From: a virus
Lineage: Duplodnaviria > Caudoviricetes
Direction: 5' to 3' (one strand)
DNA: 60,815 nucleotides
Virus record (IMG/VR): IMGVR_UViG_3300045579_000055
Coordinates: 1 to 60,815 of that record
Made by a program: the position numbers and the translations under genes. Positions 10,001 through 20,200 of the stretch are shown piece by piece. The first letter of the stretch is position 1. Each line of letters starts with the position of its first letter. Below the pieces are notes generated by a model, which was not told the DNA's origin, did not search any database, and worked only from the letters and a program-made list of their open reading frames with translations.

Positions 10001-10315
10001 ATTTTCTAAACCAATTTGATTCTTGGCTAGAAGGATAATGTGATTATAGACAAGATCTTGTTGACCTTCTCTTTCAGACTTATCTCGTGTATCAGATATG
10101 TCTGCACACATGTATCCTTCTAGACCTAGAATTGGCTTAATGCCCTTTGCTTTTGCAATACGGTGCAGTTCCCTATGCCCAGATAAAGTACCGTGGTCGG
10201 TGATAGCAATTGCTGGCATCCCCAACTCAACTGCACGGTTCACGTATTCTTCTGGAGTAGCAATCCCATCAAACAAACTAAAATGGGTATGGACATGTAA
10301 GCCTACGTAGTTCAT
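7040..10315 (-). CDS. dnaE: DNA polymerase III alpha-like (DnaE, family C)
   Basis: PHP domain LHVHTHFSLFDG/TDHG, GPGRGSSAGS, catalytic PDIDTD, YSFNKSHA. Confidence 0.95.
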   Translation of the reverse strand: MNYVGLHVHTHFSLFDGIATPEEYVNRAVELGMPAIAITDHGTLSGHRELHRIAKAKGIKPILGLEGYMCADISDTRDKSEREGQQDLVYNHIILLAKNQIGLENLNKISELSWTDGFFKKPRFDFAILEKYKEGIIVSSACPSSVLVKALEEEEFALAKKYISWFKERFADDYYIEVMPHNEAHINKYLIELADEFGIKVIVTPDCHHVDPSQKEIQEFKLLMNTHGKFEKDATYEKSKKKKDMMERLDYLYGEDRQITFNKFDIHLLSYEEIKAAMESQGIDRPDIYSNTLLLADTVGDYGIQEGLNLLPVQYKSPDKELAKVALEGLVERGLSENQEYLDRLEEELQIIKDKKFAPYFLVVSNMINWAKKEEILVGPGRGSSAGSLVCYALGITDIDPIEHNLLFFRFINPERNDFPDIDTDIQDTRREEVKDYLVRQYRHVASIATFLEFTGKGIVRDVARVLNIPLSDVNKVLKTVDSWDDFCTSKSTYEFREKYPEVEIYGEQLRGRIRGTGIHAAGVVTSKEPIFRYAPLETRSSTGSDERIPVVGVDMEEAERIGLIKIDALGLKTLSVLKDTIDIIKERDGKKINLLKIKMDDANVYQMLSDGHTKGVFQCEAAPYTNLLVKMGVKNLNELAASNALVRPGAMNTIGKDYVDRKHGRQNISYIHQVLKEFTEDTYGCILYQEQVMQACVHLGGMSMSEADKVRKIIGKKKDAKEFDQFKEKFVAGASKYITPHAALDLWHDFEAHAGYSFNKSHAVAYSTLSYWTAWLKYYYPLEFMYSVLKNEKDKDARTEYLIEAKRMGISVKLPHINDSDIDFKIEGKGIRFGLTAIKFISDKIAERYIQARPFKSYAELEAFTFTKGNGVNSRALQALKAIGAATFPDNPRDDKAIKENLYEFLNLPEFNITIPSHYYAFIQDIVDFEEKGSYIFMGMVKSIKRGTGWSRVEILDKTGSVGIFDDENTAIETGRSYLVLCNDNRIVSFIPSEEIKESSHALVKFLGYKQLPFKDDEMFVVSFKPRVTKAGKKMASLTLADTKRDLHSITVFPTSFPKAYMHIEEGKYYKFDFGKTKDGTVTLEDVHVS

Positions 10316-10316
10316 C

Positions 10317-10973
10317 TTACCAATCAGCGTTGGTAGATGAAGTTACTGAAGGGCCGTCAAAGCCCAGGTAGAACGCTTCTTGTTCCGCATATGGAATCTT
10401 CTTTAGTGCTGACTCCAAAGGATAAGGTTCGATATCTTTCCAATCAAATGGTTCCTTATCTGGTGCTGATGGAATAAGTGTGTAATTGGTTTCAGTTCCC
10501 TGACCATTACGCTTTAACTTCCATACTACGTTTGAGATGCTTCCTGTTTCAAGAGCATACTCACGAATTGTATTAAATGATGATTGCTTGCTGATACCCA
10601 TTGACCAGATCGCAACATATGGTGCTTCAATGCCATCGTCAACTAGAACGTTGCAATAGAAACGAAGACGGCCACGCCATCCAGCCTTTGGATCTTTACG
10701 GTGCATCTCTTCTGCCCAGTCACGGCCTTCTGATTCCATTGTGTCTACAGCCTTACGCTTATAGTCCTTTGGATTGACGTGCTCCTTAACAACAAGTGCT
10801 AGGCCACGCTTTTCATTATAGTTTGCAGAATCTTCGTCAAGTTCTTCAATGAAGCGAATCTTGACAGATTGTCCATCTGCTAGTTTGAGCCACTTTACTT
10901 TTGGCCCATCGTTTTCATACTTTGGTCTGTCGAGCAGGGCGTTGATGTTCTTGATTCCCTTTACAATGCTCAT
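10317..10973 (-). CDS. Putative single-stranded DNA-binding protein (gp32-like)
   Basis: KLADGQSVKIRF, KRNGQGTETNY, short C-terminus ending in W; lies between primase and polymerase with a strong RBS. Confidence 0.65.
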   Translation of the reverse strand: MSIVKGIKNINALLDRPKYENDGPKVKWLKLADGQSVKIRFIEELDEDSANYNEKRGLALVVKEHVNPKDYKRKAVDTMESEGRDWAEEMHRKDPKAGWRGRLRFYCNVLVDDGIEAPYVAIWSMGISKQSSFNTIREYALETGSISNVVWKLKRNGQGTETNYTLIPSAPDKEPFDWKDIEPYPLESALKKIPYAEQEAFYLGFDGPSVTSSTNADW

Positions 10974-10998
10974 ATTATTTCTCCTTTGTGTGTTTGTA

Positions 10999-11943
10999 TT
11001 AGTTTAGCATAGACTCTATGGTTTTGTCAAACGAAGACTTTAAACCTTTAATTTCTTCATCTGGCATATCGCCTATGTCTTTATATTGTTTATTTAGTTG
11101 TATAACAGAAACACGAGAACCAAGTTTTTCAATTATCCTGTTTTTCATGTTTCCTCCTGCCTCATCGTTATCTGCAATAACAAGAATGTTATTGAAATAC
11201 TTTTGAAGCAATTCTATTTGTTTTCCTGAGACATTGGCCCCAAGCGTTGCTACTGCTGGGATGTCTAACTGGTCAAGTCTGATTACGTCGAATGAAGACT
11301 CTACTACATATACTATATCAGATTTCTTCACACGATGCAAGTTAAAAAGAGTTTTGCTTTTAGGAAGGCCTGGAGTATTTTTAAAGTCCTTTCCCTCAAT
11401 GGATCTTCCAACAAAGCCAAGGAGTATCCCGTCTGGACTGTGAACTGGGACAGTAACCATATCTTGCTTTTCAGAATATCCTAAAGAAAATTTAATACAA
11501 GACTGCTTAGTTAGTTTGCGATACTGGAAATAATTTTTTGCTCTATCAGATGCAATAAGGTTATTGTGAAGTCTTTTTATAATTAGTTCATCAAATGGCC
11601 TGTATTGTTCTTCTTTGATAAGAGCACGGTCAATCTCTGTAGCAAGATTGCTCACCTTCTCTTTGCTCTTTATAAACCTTGCTGCCTCAAAATATGTTCT
11701 GCCAGAGGTGTGCATTACTAACTCTATTAGATCTGCAGATTTTTGACATGAGAAACAAAAAAACATTCCGTTAGTCTTGTGAACTTCTCCTGCTGGCGTT
11801 CTGTGGTTATTATGAAATGGACAAAATATTATAAAATCTGCATCTAATTCTGACTCGACTGTTGTGCCTGATCCTGCAAGGACTCTTTTGACTTGTTCGG
11901 CTGTATAGGGACTAGGTTGGTTCCGTCTATTCCTGCTATCCAT
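10999..11943 (-). CDS. dnaG: DNA primase (CHC2 zinc finger plus Toprim)
   Basis: CPFH...CFSC zinc finger; VVESSFD and ADNDEAG Toprim motifs; KDIGD. Confidence 0.9.
   Translation of the reverse strand: MDSRNRRNQPSPYTAEQVKRVLAGSGTTVESELDADFIIFCPFHNNHRTPAGEVHKTNGMFFCFSCQKSADLIELVMHTSGRTYFEAARFIKSKEKVSNLATEIDRALIKEEQYRPFDELIIKRLHNNLIASDRAKNYFQYRKLTKQSCIKFSLGYSEKQDMVTVPVHSPDGILLGFVGRSIEGKDFKNTPGLPKSKTLFNLHRVKKSDIVYVVESSFDVIRLDQLDIPAVATLGANVSGKQIELLQKYFNNILVIADNDEAGGNMKNRIIEKLGSRVSVIQLNKQYKDIGDMPDEEIKGLKSSFDKTIESMLN
11001..11030 (-). promoter_or_regulatory. Promoter for the SSB/dnaE/recA operon, inside the primase 3' end
   Basis: TTGACA-N18-TAAACT with extended TG. Confidence 0.65.
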
Positions 11944-12215
11944 TCGCTCTTCCTTTTCCCTGCGTAAACTCCGTGTACCGATAATTCAAATTCAAAAAAG
12001 TCTTTACTATCATTATACCGTAAAGTGAAGTCTGGGTCAATATCAATCCTTGGAACATACCCACTCAACCTCATCTCTGAAACTAACAGCCTTACGTATT
12101 CTATCTTTAATCTTCCAAGCAAAGCCTCATCTTGAATTATGCCATTAATATAAAACCTTTTAAGTGGCTTATGATGATAGAAATCTGGAGGTATGTTCTC
12201 CCTGGTTTGTGACAT
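11844..12215 (-). CDS. Hypothetical protein
   Basis: 123-aa ORF between helicase and primase, with TATAAT 5 nt upstream of its ATG. Confidence 0.6.
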   Translation of the reverse strand: MSQTRENIPPDFYHHKPLKRFYINGIIQDEALLGRLKIEYVRLLVSEMRLSGYVPRIDIDPDFTLRYNDSKDFFEFELSVHGVYAGKRKSEWIAGIDGTNLVPIQPNKSKESLQDQAQQSSQN

Positions 12216-12227
12216 ACCATATTATAA

Positions 12228-13448
12228 CTACTTATCTTCATAGTCTTTATACCTATAGTATCCCTTGTCAAAATCGCATTGGACCAAGAAATCTCCCATA
12301 AATCCGTTACGATTCTTTCTAAAGGCACACTCAATAATATCGCTATTTGTCCCACGACCAAGGGCCAACACCCAATCGGCATCGTAGGCAATCTGTCTAG
12401 ACCACGCTGTCTGACCTAGGGTAGGTACTGTAGACAAGTCATTGACATCGTCTGGGGTAGCAGAAGAAATAGCAATAATAGGAACTTCTTCACCAATCGC
12501 CATCAGTTTAAGTTCTCGTGAAAGGTTCTTCATTCGTACCGTTTCATTGTCTGACTTCTGATTAGGAGCCATCAATTGAAGGTAGTCAACGATTACAAAG
12601 TCTGGCTTGTACTGGTCAATCTTTCCACGTAGTACGGATGGGTTAATTTCTCCACCCTGATCGTTTGAAATAATATGAAACTCTGGCTTACCCTGTAGAT
12701 TTTTAGCATGCCATTCCTTTAGCATATCCAACTCTACTTCTCCATTGCTTAATTTGCGGTGTGACCAACGTCCCTCGCCCATAATAGTAAAGACACGATT
12801 ACGAACCTCCGTCTCACTCATCTCAAGGCTTATGACCAGTGGGCTACGACCCTGTTTCCAGGCCTGTACAGCGAAATAGAGAGCCAACCAGGACTTTCCG
12901 ATACCTGGATATGCCAAGAAGACTCCCAACTGCCCTGGCATGATTCCAGAGGGTAAATAGTTGTCAAATCCTGGCAGACCAGTCTTGATGCCAATATGAC
13001 CTAGGGCTTGTTGCTTCTTTACATTTTCAAAGTAAGCAATCGCAGACTCTAGGTCTGTGACATCAATATCACGAATAGCAGCAGTATTCTTTTTTAGTTC
13101 TGAGGTTTTTGTAATGAGGCCTTCTAGGGCCTTGCTGCCCTCACCCTGCTGAACATCTGTTGCAGCAGATCTTAGTATGTCTTTAAGACTGTCCCGCAGA
13201 TACTCTCCCTGCAACTCCTCAAGGTGATGCTTAGTAGCGCCAACTCCTGGGACTGGATCAAAGTCACGAAACTTTTCTCTTACCAAGTCTGTTGGTGGAA
13301 GTGACGAGTTATTCTCAAAATACAGACGTATGAAGTTCCATATATCTCCATGGGTTCTCAAAAGATTATCGACATTGGCCTGTAGCAAAACGTGAATCTG
13401 TTTATCCTGAAGAAGGGCTGTAATTAATTTTGACTCTGTGTTATTCAC
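12228..13448 (-). CDS. dnaB: Replicative DNA helicase (DnaB-like)
   Basis: Walker A AYPGIGKS, SLEMS, IVDYLQLM, YDADWV, KNRNG. Confidence 0.92.
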   Translation of the reverse strand: MNNTESKLITALLQDKQIHVLLQANVDNLLRTHGDIWNFIRLYFENNSSLPPTDLVREKFRDFDPVPGVGATKHHLEELQGEYLRDSLKDILRSAATDVQQGEGSKALEGLITKTSELKKNTAAIRDIDVTDLESAIAYFENVKKQQALGHIGIKTGLPGFDNYLPSGIMPGQLGVFLAYPGIGKSWLALYFAVQAWKQGRSPLVISLEMSETEVRNRVFTIMGEGRWSHRKLSNGEVELDMLKEWHAKNLQGKPEFHIISNDQGGEINPSVLRGKIDQYKPDFVIVDYLQLMAPNQKSDNETVRMKNLSRELKLMAIGEEVPIIAISSATPDDVNDLSTVPTLGQTAWSRQIAYDADWVLALGRGTNSDIIECAFRKNRNGFMGDFLVQCDFDKGYYRYKDYEDK

Positions 13449-13749
13449 TTAGCCACTCCTTTGCCATTCGTCGACGCTCTGCTCTTTCTTGACTATCTTT
13501 TAATCTATCCCTTTTAGCCTGTAATATTTTTTCTGCATTGTATGCAAAATAATTCCATGACGGGGTTTCTGAAACAGCAAAATAGTACTCAAGTATCTCA
13601 TAACATCCCTGCAATGTGTAGGACTCAATGAGGGCATCAGATGCCCACTGTTCTACATTCAAATTTAGAGATGGCTTCGATTCGTACCTTGCGGTATGAT
13701 ACTTGCTGTATCTTGAAAGCAAAGCCATACGGTCTTTGCGTTCAGCCAT
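13441..13749 (-). CDS. Hypothetical protein (possible helicase loader)
   Basis: 102 aa, overlapping the dnaB start; function inferred from position only. Confidence 0.55.
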   Translation of the reverse strand: MAERKDRMALLSRYSKYHTARYESKPSLNLNVEQWASDALIESYTLQGCYEILEYYFAVSETPSWNYFAYNAEKILQAKRDRLKDSQERAERRRMAKEWLSE

Positions 13750-13958
13750 TACTTCTCTTCAGCCTCGGTTTGTGCTTCTAAAATCTTGGCAGTTAGTTTG
13801 TCTTCAACAAATTTGTAGACACGCTCAAAAGCCTGATCAGTATTTTCTCCGTCACGCTTAGAATCCACTACTCCAAGATCAAGTCTTAGTGATTGAAAAT
13901 TTCCCAGATTTAGTGTGTATCCAAGTGTTACAGACACTTTAGTTGAATCGTTTTCCAT
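13749..13958 (-). CDS. Hypothetical protein
   Basis: Likely start at MENDSTK (ATG 13958) after GAAGGG; TLGYTLNLGNFQSLRLD motif. Confidence 0.6.
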   Translation of the reverse strand: MENDSTKVSVTLGYTLNLGNFQSLRLDLGVVDSKRDGENTDQAFERVYKFVEDKLTAKILEAQTEAEEK

Positions 13959-13971
13959 GCTATACCCTTCG

Positions 13972-14514
13972 CTAAATAGATTCGCCCCATATTGGGACAA
14001 ACCGTCCATCTTCTGTTCTCGTATATGTAAGTATACCATCGCCCATTCTGCGTGTCAACTCTTGCTTGCTGGGCGTAATATCATTAGTAATTAATTTATC
14101 TTTTCTTGGTCTACCAATATGGTATGTAGCAAGTATATCACGAATCTCTCTTACTTGCGATTCAGAGTAATATGACCTTACCTGAAATCCTCTTGCCCCA
14201 CCTTTTTGAGATCCCGTCGGAAATGGGATGACTCCTCGTTTCATTAATGATGGCATATATTTTTTATGACGATTAACTAAATCAGCAGTCTGACCTACGG
14301 TGTAGGCTCGCTCTCTTTTATTTTTAAAATCACTAATTAAACAACTTTCAATTTGGCCCTTTGTTATATTATAAACAGACATTATTCCATTAGACTTGTT
14401 AAGATGATGTATCCTTACTAAGTCTCCGTTTAAGAACCAAACCTTTTTGTTCCCTGGAATTACAGGGAGGACATTGTAGCCTTCGCTCTCAATTGTTCCC
14501 TTTTTAATAACCAC
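13972..14514 (-). CDS. MerR-like HTH DNA-binding protein
   Basis: YTVGQTADLVNRH...GVIPFP...RSYYSESQV resembles a MerR/excisionase-like winged HTH. Confidence 0.6.
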   Translation of the reverse strand: MVIKKGTIESEGYNVLPVIPGNKKVWFLNGDLVRIHHLNKSNGIMSVYNITKGQIESCLISDFKNKRERAYTVGQTADLVNRHKKYMPSLMKRGVIPFPTGSQKGGARGFQVRSYYSESQVREIRDILATYHIGRPRKDKLITNDITPSKQELTRRMGDGILTYTRTEDGRFVPIWGESI

Positions 14515-14651
14515 TTGCCCTCCTGAGAATTACTAGGTGGATGAAAAAATGTTCTTGCTCCACAAGACATACAATACATTTCTATATTATTTATTTCTGA
14601 ATATTGTCGATCAACAAACATTCTGCCTTTGCATCTTTTACAAAAAATCAT
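14460..14651 (-). CDS. Zinc-ribbon protein
   Basis: CKRC...CMSCG. Confidence 0.6.
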   Translation of the reverse strand: MIFCKRCKGRMFVDRQYSEINNIEMYCMSCGARTFFHPPSNSQEGKWLLKREQLRAKATMSSL

Positions 14652-15097
14652 CAGTTTGGTATGCCTATTGCAATAAGGTTAATGCCAACACTTGTAACTC
14701 CGCCCAGGTTAAATTTAACTGACCCCTCTATACTTGATGTAGTTACGCTAGACAATGTAACAACAACATCTTTGCCAGCGTCGGTTACATTTCCCATATT
14801 TACAGGAGTTGCTGTTACAACTGGCGTAAACTTAAACTCTGTAGGAAACGAATAAGAAAATGGAAGGCTAGAACCAGCAGTCTGGCTTACGCCATTTGTG
14901 ACTTGAACATATCCGCCAATAATTCTTGCTTCTGATGTTTTGACGCTCTGTTTTCCTGCATTTGGAGTATCCACTGTAACATATTTATTTACAGATGTTG
15001 AAGCCTGCGTTGATAAATCATTAACAGCCTTAACAATCTGATATATATATGTTACGTCTAGTGGCTGCCCTCTTTCGGGTACGGGTAAAATGGCCAT
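14651..15097 (-). CDS. Minor tail protein (possible lectin-like C-terminal domain)
   Basis: Last gene of the tail block; FSYSFPTEFKFTPVVTAT...LIAIG pattern typical of tail tip domains. Confidence 0.55.
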   Translation of the reverse strand: MAILPVPERGQPLDVTYIYQIVKAVNDLSTQASTSVNKYVTVDTPNAGKQSVKTSEARIIGGYVQVTNGVSQTAGSSLPFSYSFPTEFKFTPVVTATPVNMGNVTDAGKDVVVTLSSVTTSSIEGSVKFNLGGVTSVGINLIAIGIPN

Positions 15098-15103
15098 AAT
15101 ATA

Positions 15104-15112
15104 ATTATACCA
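15104..15112 (-). promoter_or_regulatory. Extended -10 promoter, leaderless spacing
   Basis: TGGTATAAT, 6 nt, then ATG (15097); its TAA is the upstream gene's stop codon. Confidence 0.6.
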
Positions 15113-15542
15113 GACTTACGGTTCCAGAGTTGTATATCTCTAAATCGTCGTTTAAAACTGGATTTATTGATGATACCTGCACAATTACTAGAACAGAGTT
15201 TGTTCCAGTTTTTAGAAATGAATAATTGCTTGATCCAGTGGTTGCTTTGTAAGTTGGCAAAGCAGAATCAAAACCCACAAAAACATCATATAGTATTTGT
15301 GTAGAAACATCTCCCGATTCCCAATTTACGATTACTGTATTCCCTACAATATTTATATCACCACTTCCAGGAGCAACTGCTGAGGACTCGGTAGAAAATA
15401 TTGGAGAGTAGGCAGATTTTCTATTTTTATCTTCTGCAACTATCCTAAATCTTAAAATTTTGGTGTTCGCTGTCGTCACCTTGCCCAACAATTCTTTTTT
15501 AACAACAACATTTTTAATTCCAGGATCTGGTGTGATTGACAT
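15105..15542 (-). CDS. Minor tail protein
   Basis: Beta-rich 145-aa ORF within the tail block. Confidence 0.5.
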   Translation of the reverse strand: MSITPDPGIKNVVVKKELLGKVTTANTKILRFRIVAEDKNRKSAYSPIFSTESSAVAPGSGDINIVGNTVIVNWESGDVSTQILYDVFVGFDSALPTYKATTGSSNYSFLKTGTNSVLVIVQVSSINPVLNDDLEIYNSGTVSLV

Positions 15543-15544
15543 AA

Positions 15545-16708
15545 TTAAACATCCAGTGCAAATCTAAACTCAATATAGTTTGTAGTATTTGCTGACTTAA
15601 TGATTGGCCTTTCTTGTTTATTTTTTATTACAGAATAGCCAGTGAGGCCATACAAAGAGTTTGTGGACGTAACATTTTCAAGTCTTAGTCCATCTAGACA
15701 TAGATAGAAAGAGTCTGAAGGAATTCCAGACTTTGTTATTTGTCCATAAATTTTTGACAAAGAAACCTGATCCCACAAGAAACCTGTTGTCTTTTTTATA
15801 TTTTGAAATTGTTTTGCTGAAACAACATATCTATTTTCTTGAAGATTTCTTTTGTCTGTAGATACTCCAGAAGCAAATGCCTGATCATCAATATCTACCT
15901 GAAACTTTGCATACTCTTGGCCTCCTGTAGAATTAACATGAGAAAACTCTATTAAAATTTTCACATTGTCTGGAACTGTCAAAGAGTCTTCGACTTTGCT
16001 TGCAATAGAAAATGCTAGTCTTAATTCATCAAGAGGACTATTCTTTGAAAAATTAACGGAGGGGCTATCTAATCTTATGTAGTCAGAAGTTGATGATGCC
16101 TGCATTTCTCCTTGAGCGTCAACTGTAATTGTTGATGTGTCTCCACGCAGAACAATTATATTATTTAAAAATCTGCATCTTTCATTTCTTCCAACTCTGT
16201 CATCTGATGTAAAAATTCTATTATCGGCATTTGTTGCAAAAACTTTGTCACTTATGTTTATAGTTCCGTTTGCATCTTCTCCGTCTAGAGGTTCAAGTTT
16301 CGGAGGTATTACAACAGGAGAACCTCCTGCCTGACTATATTTCCAGTCATCAGTATCGGTAAAAGAGTATACGTTTTTACTATCAAATGATCCTGCTACT
16401 GGGTTTGATGCTGCAGAAAATATTCCAACCTCTGTAATTTCATACCTTTCTGCTGTAGGCAGTTCTGCGGTAAGGACTATCTTAGACAAACCACCTTCAT
16501 CAACAAAACCTCTAGAGATAATTGGCATACGCAACATTTCAAAATCTAAAGACTTCTTGTCTCTTATTGCATCTAGTTCTGAATTAGTAAAAGGATAATC
16601 AGACGCCACTGGCTTTGGTCCACAGCCTATAGCAATATGAGAGGCGTAAGACGTTGTCTGTCCAACAAGGTACTTAGCCAAAAGGTTCTTGCCTACATTA
16701 GTTATCAT
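15545..16708 (-). CDS. Minor tail protein
   Basis: MITNVGKNLLAKYL...IAIGCG...ITEVGIFS N-terminal pattern of tail/baseplate proteins. Confidence 0.6.
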   Translation of the reverse strand: MITNVGKNLLAKYLVGQTTSYASHIAIGCGPKPVASDYPFTNSELDAIRDKKSLDFEMLRMPIISRGFVDEGGLSKIVLTAELPTAERYEITEVGIFSAASNPVAGSFDSKNVYSFTDTDDWKYSQAGGSPVVIPPKLEPLDGEDANGTINISDKVFATNADNRIFTSDDRVGRNERCRFLNNIIVLRGDTSTITVDAQGEMQASSTSDYIRLDSPSVNFSKNSPLDELRLAFSIASKVEDSLTVPDNVKILIEFSHVNSTGGQEYAKFQVDIDDQAFASGVSTDKRNLQENRYVVSAKQFQNIKKTTGFLWDQVSLSKIYGQITKSGIPSDSFYLCLDGLRLENVTSTNSLYGLTGYSVIKNKQERPIIKSANTTNYIEFRFALDV

Positions 16709-17235
16709 TGAGTGCTCCCGTAGTATATTGTATCATCAAAAGTGTTTCCAGCGGTTAATATTTCAACTTCTACCTGCTCATTTTCTTTTATGTTTATTAA
16801 ATTAATCACAAGGTCTCCGCTTATTGGGTCTATATAAATAGACTTTCCGTTGTAGACTTTTACTCCATCGACCAGGTCGTATCCGTTTCCATACCTAGGA
16901 AGATAGTTTGGAATTGATATAGCAAGTGATTTAAAAAATGAGTCAGCAGACTGTAATCTTAAAACATTGTTTGGATTATACTGTAGGTAAAGATCTGTTA
17001 AATTTTTTATTGGTGTATAAATTACTGTCTGACCATTGACCAGGTCGTGCCTAGATATTGTAGCAAGTTCAAAACCACCTATATCTTCAAATATAAGGTC
17101 TGTCATTATTTCAATAGCAACAGCCTGTTCTCCAAATATTAGTAAGTCTGGGGTTGCAACTTTGACAGAATCAGAGGTATTGGTTTTGACTGGATTTGGA
17201 ATTCCTGCTGTTGCTGGCATGCTTGTGTCTGCCAT
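16705..17235 (-). CDS. Minor tail protein
   Basis: Position in the tail block; tightly coupled to neighbours. Confidence 0.5.
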   Translation of the reverse strand: MADTSMPATAGIPNPVKTNTSDSVKVATPDLLIFGEQAVAIEIMTDLIFEDIGGFELATISRHDLVNGQTVIYTPIKNLTDLYLQYNPNNVLRLQSADSFFKSLAISIPNYLPRYGNGYDLVDGVKVYNGKSIYIDPISGDLVINLINIKENEQVEVEILTAGNTFDDTIYYGSTQ

Positions 17236-20200
17236 TTATACCACCTCACTTAAAAATAGTTGCATCTCTGGACCGTTTGAATTTCTTGAAAAATCAATAT
17301 TGTATACAACAAATCTGTTTGAAGAGTCTGCAGCAATATCTATTCCATTTTCTTTGTAGTCTACGCTTACTATATCTCCAAGTTGGATTGTTGGAATAGA
17401 AAATATCTTAACTCCAAGTGCTTTTCTTGGTTTTGATATTTTTGTAACAAGCCACTTCATTAGTTCAGATGCTTCATCTTGTGACTGAATATAGGCAGCA
17501 TCTAAAGAAAAATCTTTTCTTCCGTGCTGCATACGGCTAAACTTTATATCTTCGTAGTCTAACTTAAACTTAAACGGATTTGAAATTAGTTTGTCTGCAA
17601 CAAATTTTGGATCTGACATTACGCTATTTTTATTAAAATATTGATCAACTGTCAAAGTGTTGCTTGACTGCTGAGTAAAAGTAATTCCCTGAATTCTTAA
17701 ATAGTTTCCACTAGTTTCATCTAGATTAAGCGCAGTATCTGTTGCATTAAACACTAGAAATTCTGCGCCATATGACCCTGCTCTAAATCCAGAAATAACA
17801 AATCCTTTTATTTTATTGAACGTTGGAGAAATTTTTGCTGTTAGTGCTGGAAATGCTTTGTCATATTTAAAACTAAATTCTGCCACTTCTCTCATTATAC
17901 TTCCAAACTCCTCAAAATAAATATCATACTTTGGTGGTTCTGAAGATCCAATTCCAGAAAGATAGGTACTTTGTATTAATCCACTCATAGCGTATTTTCT
18001 GAAAGAGTTACTTGCATCAATATCAGAGTCTGCAAAAACAGAATTGACAACGGTTCCCAAAGAGAATGACGTGTTCTGAGAATAATTGTTGCATAGTGCA
18101 TAGACATTTTCAAACATTGCTCTTGAAGAACCTCTGGTAAATAAAGCAATATTTGAATACTCTGGCAACGGATCTGAGTCGTCTACTGTTTTTACCATGG
18201 TTCCATTTATGTATAGGTAGAACCTTCTTATGTTTCCTATGTTTTCATATTCTACTGCTAAGTCATATACCGTCGGATTTTCTTCAGCAAATAATCTTGA
18301 CTGACCAGTGAACCTGCCATCATCTACTATAATCTTGGCTAAGCCTTTGTATAGGGTAAGTGGAATTGCTTTACCATTGTCAGACTTGACTTTATAAAAC
18401 AAAACATTGTGAACATTTTGTTTTTCTTTTTCTGACAACTTATTTAATCCAAGTGCTGCAATTTCAAAATAATATCCAACGTTGGTTGTTGGGTTTAGCA
18501 TTACTGCTATACCTCCAGACCCTCCAGATATTGTAACATTTTTATCTGGGGTAGAACCATTTATAACATAGTATGATGCTGCACCATTAGCAGTTTGACC
18601 ACGATCACTACTGTTTTCAATTTTACCAACTAGTCGTATTCTAGTTCCAAAGTGCTTATATTTTTTATCTGTCAAAGGCTTATGCACATATGATACAAAA
18701 TCTCTTGGCTTATCTTTTGTCGTAAAGTTGGGACCAGTCAAAGAAAGCGCTGATGCTTGAACAGATCCAGGAACCTGCTGAGTTTGTGTAGTTATCTCTC
18801 CTGTTAAAGAGGTTGACAAAAAGTTTCTAATAAGTCCTGTTCGTGTCGAAGTTCTTGCCAAAGCATCAGAAGATGCTCCATTGCTTATTGTTTTTCCTGC
18901 AGAAGCAACTGTTGTTTGTGGCAAATCAGTTTTTGTTTCAAACAAATATTCTGAAGCCATATAACATCCTTTTACATTGTCTTCAGATTTCCAATAATCA
19001 GATATACCAGCAGAATGCTCTACAACTGTTGTTCCAAATTGACCACGGCCATGCTTGGCAACTGGACCATTTTTAAGTTTTAAAATTCCTTCTTGTTCAA
19101 AATAATTAGGAACAGAGTAAATTCTGACAAGGCCTGTTGGATAAATTTTTCCATTAAATGGAAGTTTAGAGAAATAGTTTTGATACTCTTCAACTGAAGA
19201 TATCCAAACATTGCCCGAACCAGTTACGTTATATTGAACTGCGTCATACTTTATAACTTCTCCACTAGAGTAAAAGTAACCATTGTATCTTGTAATCCAG
19301 TATACCGCTTCTCCAAGACTAAACGTGTTGTTTATTACGATACCGTTTTTTACCTCTGGGACTTTATCTGATAGGTTAGAACTTAAAGGTATTGCAGCAA
19401 GCACATATGAAGATTGTGTTCCAACCTCGTTATTAATTGACTTTGTGTTCTCAGTACCAGATACTTCCCAAAGTAGTGCTGGCTTATACACATACATTCT
19501 TTCATCTTCTAGAAGACTCGCCTGTCTTAAAGTACCGATAGATCTTTGAATATGTCTAACAGTGTAATTTATTGTGCCACCGTTGTAAACCGTGTTTGAC
19601 TCATTTGATACCGAAACAATGTTTGCTAGTTTTGCATTGTCTAAAGTTTTATTTTTAATTTCTCTATCTTCATACAAATCGTTAGTTCCTTTAAGAGCAA
19701 ATGTGGTTGGTCTTTGTTCTTTAGTTGGCATTATATAGTCTTTGCTCATCATAACAAAGTTATTGTACTCATCAAAAAACATTGCTGTCTGTGTTGATAT
19801 TGCCAAATCCTGCAACACCTGAGCAACACTTTTATCTGGAGCAACAAAGAAAAATGGCATTACCATTTCTTTTTCATTAGAGACTCTTCTAAATGTATAG
19901 TTAGAAAAACCGATACTGTCTAACAAAAGAGAAACTGCAGAACTAACAGAAACCTCTGTCATTAATATTTCTGGTGCTGTAATTGATTCTAGATACCAAT
20001 ACATATCTCTTAACGATATAGAAATTCTTTTATTGACCAAATCTGCTTTTGGAAATGAATCAGAGTATAAAGTTTTCATAGGAACCCAATAGTCCCAACC
20101 ACCAACATTTATAATAATTTCATAAAACTTAAACTGCACATGACTATCTACATATTTTGCAATAATACTTGATGGGTTATTTTCGTTAAATGCCTGATCA

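Noticed and set aside
7040-10315. Inteins or introns in dnaE (also considered for terL, dnaB, recA, nrdJ)
   Set aside because: Lengths are ordinary, ORFs are uninterrupted, and no intein splice-junction or LAGLIDADG motifs were seen.
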